Source: a virus. Taken from it: DNA of 43,586 nucleotides. The notes beneath the pieces were generated by a model. The model had not been told where the DNA came from. It ran no database searches and saw only the letters and a list, made by a program, of their open reading frames with translations. The stretch lies in the IMG/VR virus record IMGVR_UViG_3300043613_000002, positions 1-43,586 of that record. The stretch is one strand, 5' to 3'. Shown piece by piece: positions 40,112 through 43,586 of this stretch (the first letter of the stretch is position 1; each line of letters starts with the position of its first letter). The position numbers and the translations under genes were made by a program.

Positions 40112-40380
40112 ACGAGCTTCAATCTCTCGGAATACGCGCCAGAAACACCCAAGGGGAACAAAAAACCACATGCCCAAAATGCTCACATCTCCGGCGCAAA
40201 AAGACCGATCGGTGCCTCTCGCTGAGGATCGATCATGACGGCTTTGCAGCTCATTGCTGGCACTGCGGATGGACCGCCGGGTCTGAGCGCCGCGGCGGTT
40301 CTGTTCGCCACAAGCCGAAAACTGAGCCTCAGGACCTTGGATCGGCTGGGCGTCGGCTCCGGTACGGTGTTCTTTCCTGA
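40087..40380 (+). CDS. Primase zinc-ribbon domain ORF, in a separate frame from the TOPRIM/helicase ORF
   Basis: CPKC...CWHC motifs. Overlaps 40235..41716 by 146 nt in a different frame. Confidence 0.6.
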   Translation: MSSGPIVLDELQSLGIRARNTQGEQKTTCPKCSHLRRKKTDRCLSLRIDHDGFAAHCWHCGWTAGSERRGGSVRHKPKTEPQDLGSAGRRLRYGVLS

Positions 40381-41716
40381 ACTGAAGCGGAAATCCGACG
40401 CGATATTTTTCAAATACCCGGTAGGCTGGAAAGCTCGATCCGTCCCAGAAAAAGCATTCACGGCGATGACCGGGACCAAGCCGGTATTCTGGAATCTGGC
40501 AAATGTTTTAGCTGGAGCCAGCCCGGTAATTTACATCACGGAAGGCGAACTGGACGCCTGTGCGTTGGTCGAAGCGGGGATTCCCGTTTCGCAGGTTCTG
40601 TCGGTCCCCAATGGGGCTGTAGAGCGTCCTGCGGAGGCGGACAAGGAAGTTCGTGGTTATGCCTACGTTTTGGAAGCCCTCGCTGCCGGGCTCCGCAAGA
40701 CGAAGAAATTCGTATGGTGCGGCGATAACGATGCGCCGGGTTTATCCCTGCGTGCGGATATGGCGAGAATGCTTGGCCTCCCAAGATTTTGGTTTGTGGA
40801 ATGGCCGGAAGGCTGCAAGGACGCCAACGATGTTTTAAAACACGAGGGGCCGGAATTCCTGCTCAGTCTCGTGACTGATGGCGCCTTGCAATGGCCGATT
40901 GATGGGCTGTTCAAGCTTTCGGAATTGCCTGATCCGCCAGCCATGACGTTGTGGAATCCTGGCTTTCCGGAGTGGGAAAAGAAGGTGTTTCTTGCCCCTC
41001 GAACTATGAGCGTTGTCACCGGACATCCAGGCCACGGCAAGACGCAACTGTGGACGCAGATCTGGTTCAATATCGTCCGGGCATACTGCGTGCCGATCGC
41101 GATTGCGTCGTTTGAGACCCGCGCCAAGCCTCACGTCCGTAGGTATCTGAGGACTCTTCTAATCGGGAAACTGGAGAAGGATTGCGACGAAGGAGAATTG
41201 GCAAAGGCCGATAAATGGATTGAGGAGCGCTATTTGTTCATGGTGCATCCGGAGGGTCGGCCATCGCTGAAATGGTTTCTGGACCTTGCGGAGGTCGCGG
41301 TTGTTCGTCACGGCGCCAGAATAATCCAGGTCGACCCATGGAACAGGCTGGAAGCTGCTCGAGGCCGTGACCAGAGCGAAACTGAATACATCGGCATGTG
41401 CTTGCGGGAAATACATTCGTTCGCCCACGACATGAACTGTCACGTCCAGATCCTGGCTCATCCGGCGAAAATGGAAGGTGCGCGCCGCGGTAACGCACCG
41501 GGTCTCGAGGATATCTCAGGCTCAAAGAACTGGGAAAACATGGTGGATCAAGGCTTCGTCGTTCATCGGCCGAAGATGTTTGACGGCAAAACCAGAATTA
41601 CCGAGGCGGAACTTTACCACAAGAAGGCGCGGTTTGATGATCTCGGTTACCCGTGCGTGCTCGATTTAGATTTCAAGATCAGTCAGGGCAAATACGTTTC
41701 GAGGGATTACGCATGA
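40235..41716 (+). CDS. TOPRIM primase / DnaB-like helicase (T7 gp4-like architecture)
   Basis: TOPRIM motifs ITEGELDACAL and CGDNDAPG. Walker A GHPGHGKT and Walker B IIQVDPWN. GAGGA lies 6 nt before the ATG. Confidence 0.85.
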   Translation: MTALQLIAGTADGPPGLSAAAVLFATSRKLSLRTLDRLGVGSGTVFFPELKRKSDAIFFKYPVGWKARSVPEKAFTAMTGTKPVFWNLANVLAGASPVIYITEGELDACALVEAGIPVSQVLSVPNGAVERPAEADKEVRGYAYVLEALAAGLRKTKKFVWCGDNDAPGLSLRADMARMLGLPRFWFVEWPEGCKDANDVLKHEGPEFLLSLVTDGALQWPIDGLFKLSELPDPPAMTLWNPGFPEWEKKVFLAPRTMSVVTGHPGHGKTQLWTQIWFNIVRAYCVPIAIASFETRAKPHVRRYLRTLLIGKLEKDCDEGELAKADKWIEERYLFMVHPEGRPSLKWFLDLAEVAVVRHGARIIQVDPWNRLEAARGRDQSETEYIGMCLREIHSFAHDMNCHVQILAHPAKMEGARRGNAPGLEDISGSKNWENMVDQGFVVHRPKMFDGKTRITEAELYHKKARFDDLGYPCVLDLDFKISQGKYVSRDYA

Positions 41717-41850
41717 AACCATACAAGCTTGACTCGATAAGCGACGAAGAAAAGGAACGCCAAAAAAAAGCCAAGGCTGACTACCTTGCGCGGCTGGAGG
41801 AGTCGAGGAAGTGGCTGAAAGAGTACGTGCGGCCGACGATCAATGGCTAA
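41713..41850 (+). CDS. Small hypothetical protein (45 aa)
   Basis: ATGA-coupled. Its stop TAA lies inside a GGCTAAGTT motif. Confidence 0.45.
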   Translation: MKPYKLDSISDEEKERQKKAKADYLARLEESRKWLKEYVRPTING

Positions 41851-41855
41851 GTTTC
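41845..41855 (+). repeat. 11-mer GGCTAAGTTTC, 16 nt upstream of ATG 41872
   Basis: Read directly. Same decamer family as the accessory-region repeats. Confidence 0.75.
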
Positions 41856-41871
41856 AGGAAGGACTACGGAT

Positions 41872-42045
41872 ATGAGCGATTTTGATGATGTTCACGAATC
41901 TTGGAAGAAAGCCAAACGCGAATATGACCTCGCAGAACGCAATTTAGCTATGGCGAGAGCGCGTCTTACTGACGCTGATCGCTCCAAACAAGCCGAGTGG
42001 GATAAGCTGGTGGAACGAGCGCGGGTTAGTGCGACTGCTTACTAA
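41872..42045 (+). CDS. Small hypothetical protein (57 aa), bracketed by inverted 11-mers
   Basis: MSDFDDVHESWKKAKREYDLAERNLAMARARL... Not in the ORF track. Confidence 0.45.
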   Translation: MSDFDDVHESWKKAKREYDLAERNLAMARARLTDADRSKQAEWDKLVERARVSATAY

Positions 42046-42056
42046 CGAACTTATCC
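42046..42056 (-). repeat. Inverted 11-mer variant (CGAACTTATCC on the + strand, GGATAAGTTCG on the - strand), directly after stop 42045
   Basis: Read directly. One mismatch to GGCTAAGTTCG. Overlaps a small hairpin, TTATCC-gaacag-GGATAA. Confidence 0.7.
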
Positions 42057-42071
42057 GAACAGGGATAACGA

Positions 42072-42311
42072 ATGACACGCAATGAGGCTGAGATGTTGGC
42101 AATAAAGGCTGTTGGCTTTGAATTCAGCGAGGATGCGCGCCGCCATCTAGTTATTCTGGAAACTCTCGGGATACTCAAGTTCGAGGAGCCGAAGACGGTC
42201 GGGAAGCTCATTGTTGAAATTAGTAAGACAGGCAATTCCCATCGAGAATTGCTGGAGTGGGTCGGAGTACTCAACGACGCCGGCCTTCAAATCATCAAAA
42301 AGGGGCAATGA
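42072..42311 (+). CDS. Hypothetical protein (79 aa) ending IIKKGQ
   Basis: ORF track entry. Confidence 0.55.
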   Translation: MTRNEAEMLAIKAVGFEFSEDARRHLVILETLGILKFEEPKTVGKLIVEISKTGNSHRELLEWVGVLNDAGLQIIKKGQ

Positions 42312-42312
42312 A
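42288..42312 (+). repeat. 25-nt direct repeat, copy 1 (caaatcatcaaaaaggggcaatgaa)
   Basis: 24/25 identical to 42525..42549. Confidence 0.85.
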
Positions 42313-42548
42313 TGACGAGCGAAGTTGAAATCTCGGATGATGGCAAAAAGAAGCACCAAAGCTTCAGTGCGCGCTGGGCTTTAGACGCGCTGGGAGGAAT
42401 GGGCTCGCGGAATGTAAACCTGGAGGGCTGGGGAGCCACGGAGGTTGAAAGCCGCGAGCAACTGATCACACAGGCCCGGATGGCTCGCGACGGTCTGAAT
42501 TCGGCAATCGAAATGATGATAAGTCAAATCATCGAAAAGGGGCAATGA
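42312..42548 (+). CDS. Hypothetical protein (78 aa) ending IIEKGQ
   Basis: ORF track entry. Confidence 0.55.
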   Translation: MTSEVEISDDGKKKHQSFSARWALDALGGMGSRNVNLEGWGATEVESREQLITQARMARDGLNSAIEMMISQIIEKGQ

Positions 42549-42549
42549 A
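42525..42549 (+). repeat. 25-nt direct repeat, copy 2 (caaatcatcgaaaaggggcaatgaa)
   Basis: Read directly. Confidence 0.85.
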
Positions 42550-42551
42550 AC

Positions 42552-42755
42552 GTGAGAGCAAACGACGAAATGATTCAAGGTTTCATGGATGGCTACGACC
42601 TCACCGCGCCGGAACCGTCAATTAATCGATCGAAAAGCTACCGTCATGGCTTTGCAAATGGGAGGGCTGACAAAACCAAAATATCCCGCGGATTTTCCTG
42701 CGCCCAGCTATCGACCATGGCGGATGTAGCGATGCTGCTGGATGAGGTACGCTAA
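42552..42755 (+). CDS. Hypothetical protein (67 aa)
   Basis: GTG start. TAATG coupling to the next gene. Confidence 0.5.
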   Translation: MRANDEMIQGFMDGYDLTAPEPSINRSKSYRHGFANGRADKTKISRGFSCAQLSTMADVAMLLDEVR

Positions 42756-43333
42756 TGGCACGCGCAGGCAGGAAGCGCAAAATCAACGTAATCCGGGACG
42801 AGTCCGGAAAATCCCGCGGGGAGATATTCAATCCGTCCGCGATCTATGCCCAGCCACACCGGAGGGATTTGAAGCACCCTGACGCAACCGAGGCCGGATA
42901 CCCGCTCGGGCGCCTGCGGTTGAATCGTTTGATCGATGCCAGCCAACTGAGGGCCGGCAACGAATACGCCGCTGTGGTGTACGCCTACGCCCGTACAATG
43001 GGCATCCCGCTCGGGTCTCCCCGGTCCAGTTCAATGAACGAATGCATTTCGTCGGGTTTCTATGCTTGGGAGGGCGATCGGATCAATATTGACCAAGAAG
43101 AGGCCTACAAGCGTATCCGGAAGGTGAAGGATCGATACGACGCCTGCCACAAAACCTTAGCTGAGCTGAGCAAGATGCACGGGCGGGGGAATAAGATCTT
43201 CTCGGCCCTGCGTGAAGTCTGCATTCAGGAGGCGGAGGAAAAGGGCCTATGGTCCGATCCGGACAAAATAGGTGATTTGCGGCTAGGGCTTAACGCCATC
43301 CATAAAACCTTGTTCGATCAGAGGCGGATTTGA
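42755..43333 (+). CDS. Hypothetical protein (192 aa), last early-right gene; late-regulator candidate by position
   Basis: ORF track entry with a basic N-terminus. Followed by a hairpin and T-run. Confidence 0.58.
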   Translation: MARAGRKRKINVIRDESGKSRGEIFNPSAIYAQPHRRDLKHPDATEAGYPLGRLRLNRLIDASQLRAGNEYAAVVYAYARTMGIPLGSPRSSSMNECISSGFYAWEGDRINIDQEEAYKRIRKVKDRYDACHKTLAELSKMHGRGNKIFSALREVCIQEAEEKGLWSDPDKIGDLRLGLNAIHKTLFDQRRI

Positions 43334-43373
43334 CATGGACAAGGAACTGTGGCGAAATGCAATTCTACTGATT

Positions 43374-43410
43374 TGCCCCGCTGCTGGAAACTCTCCGCGT
43401 GGGGCATTTT
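43374..43410 (+). terminator. Hairpin TGCCCC...GGGGCA followed by TTTT
   Basis: 6-bp GC-rich stem plus two inner pairs, ~16-nt loop, T4 tail. Weak to moderate. Confidence 0.35.
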
Positions 43411-43426
43411 GCGTTCGGAGGCAATC

Positions 43427-43586
43427 ATGAGCCTTTGCAAAAATCGCAGCGTTGGCCAGCAATTCTTGGCTGAAGAAGATCAGACCATGGAGCAGATCAG
43501 CCAGCTCATGGCTGCGAATGAGTGCTTCGTGGATACGAACGAGAATAATTGGCGATTTGATCCGGTAACGCTCAGGTGGGTCAGAG
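43427..43586 (+). CDS. 5' part of the junction-spanning hypothetical ORF (continues at 84..112 in the circle)
   Basis: GGAGG lies 5 nt before the ATG. Runs through the terminal repeat. Confidence 0.45.
   Translation, partial: MSLCKNRSVGQQFLAEEDQTMEQISQLMAANECFVDTNENNWRFDPVTLRWVR
43504..43586. repeat. Terminal direct repeat copy 2, identical to 1..83
   Basis: Read directly. Confidence 0.95.

Noticed and set aside
1-43586. CRISPR arrays, tRNA or rRNA genes, and transposase/IS elements.
   Set aside because: No spacer-repeat periodicity, cloverleaf-compatible sequence or transposase-like ORF was seen in any intergenic region I inspected. A tRNA scan tool would be needed to exclude small RNAs formally.

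Overview
The window is a complete, circularly closed temperate phage genome. Bases 1..83 are identical to 43504..43586, so the unique length is 43,503 bp. Gene order and sizes are P22-like (podovirus type). The host is probably an alphaproteobacterium, inferred from a GcrA homologue and GC-rich codon usage. Layout, from reading the sequence and the ORF track:
(1) A + strand late operon at 137..24364. It carries small ORFs, a possible small terminase, TerL, portal, scaffold and a P22-type coat. A glycosyltransferase-methyltransferase-glycosyltransferase cassette follows the coat. Then come gp4- and gp10-like hub proteins, three ejection-protein-sized genes, tail fibre and tailspike genes, and an extended lysis/membrane cassette. 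The operon ends at an intrinsic terminator at 24404..24432.
(2) A - strand array of about 10 tiny accessory genes at 24446..27082.
(3) An attP-candidate gap and a tyrosine integrase at 27261..28331.
(4) A - strand early-left operon at 28328..35892. It has a Rad52-type annealase, a DUF968-like protein, an HNH protein and many ATGA-coupled micro-ORFs.
(5) An immunity region with an XRE repressor and a Cro-like gene. Two promoters there each carry the same 17-bp TATCAC-N5-GTGATA operator.
(6) A + strand early-right operon at 36710..43333, with GIY-YIG-like, GcrA-like and replication genes and a primase/helicase split over two frames.
The most unusual observations are:
- A repeat family (14-mer, N27-29, then GGCTAAGTTC) whose inverted copies tightly bracket four small-gene cassettes.
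- A conserved 16-nt translation leader in front of four tiny genes.
- The virion-module GT-MT-GT cassette.
- A structural CDS with no canonical start codon.
- An AAY-repeat protein as the first PL gene.
No rRNA, tRNA or CRISPR array was seen. All family names are recognised by eye from motifs; no database search was run.
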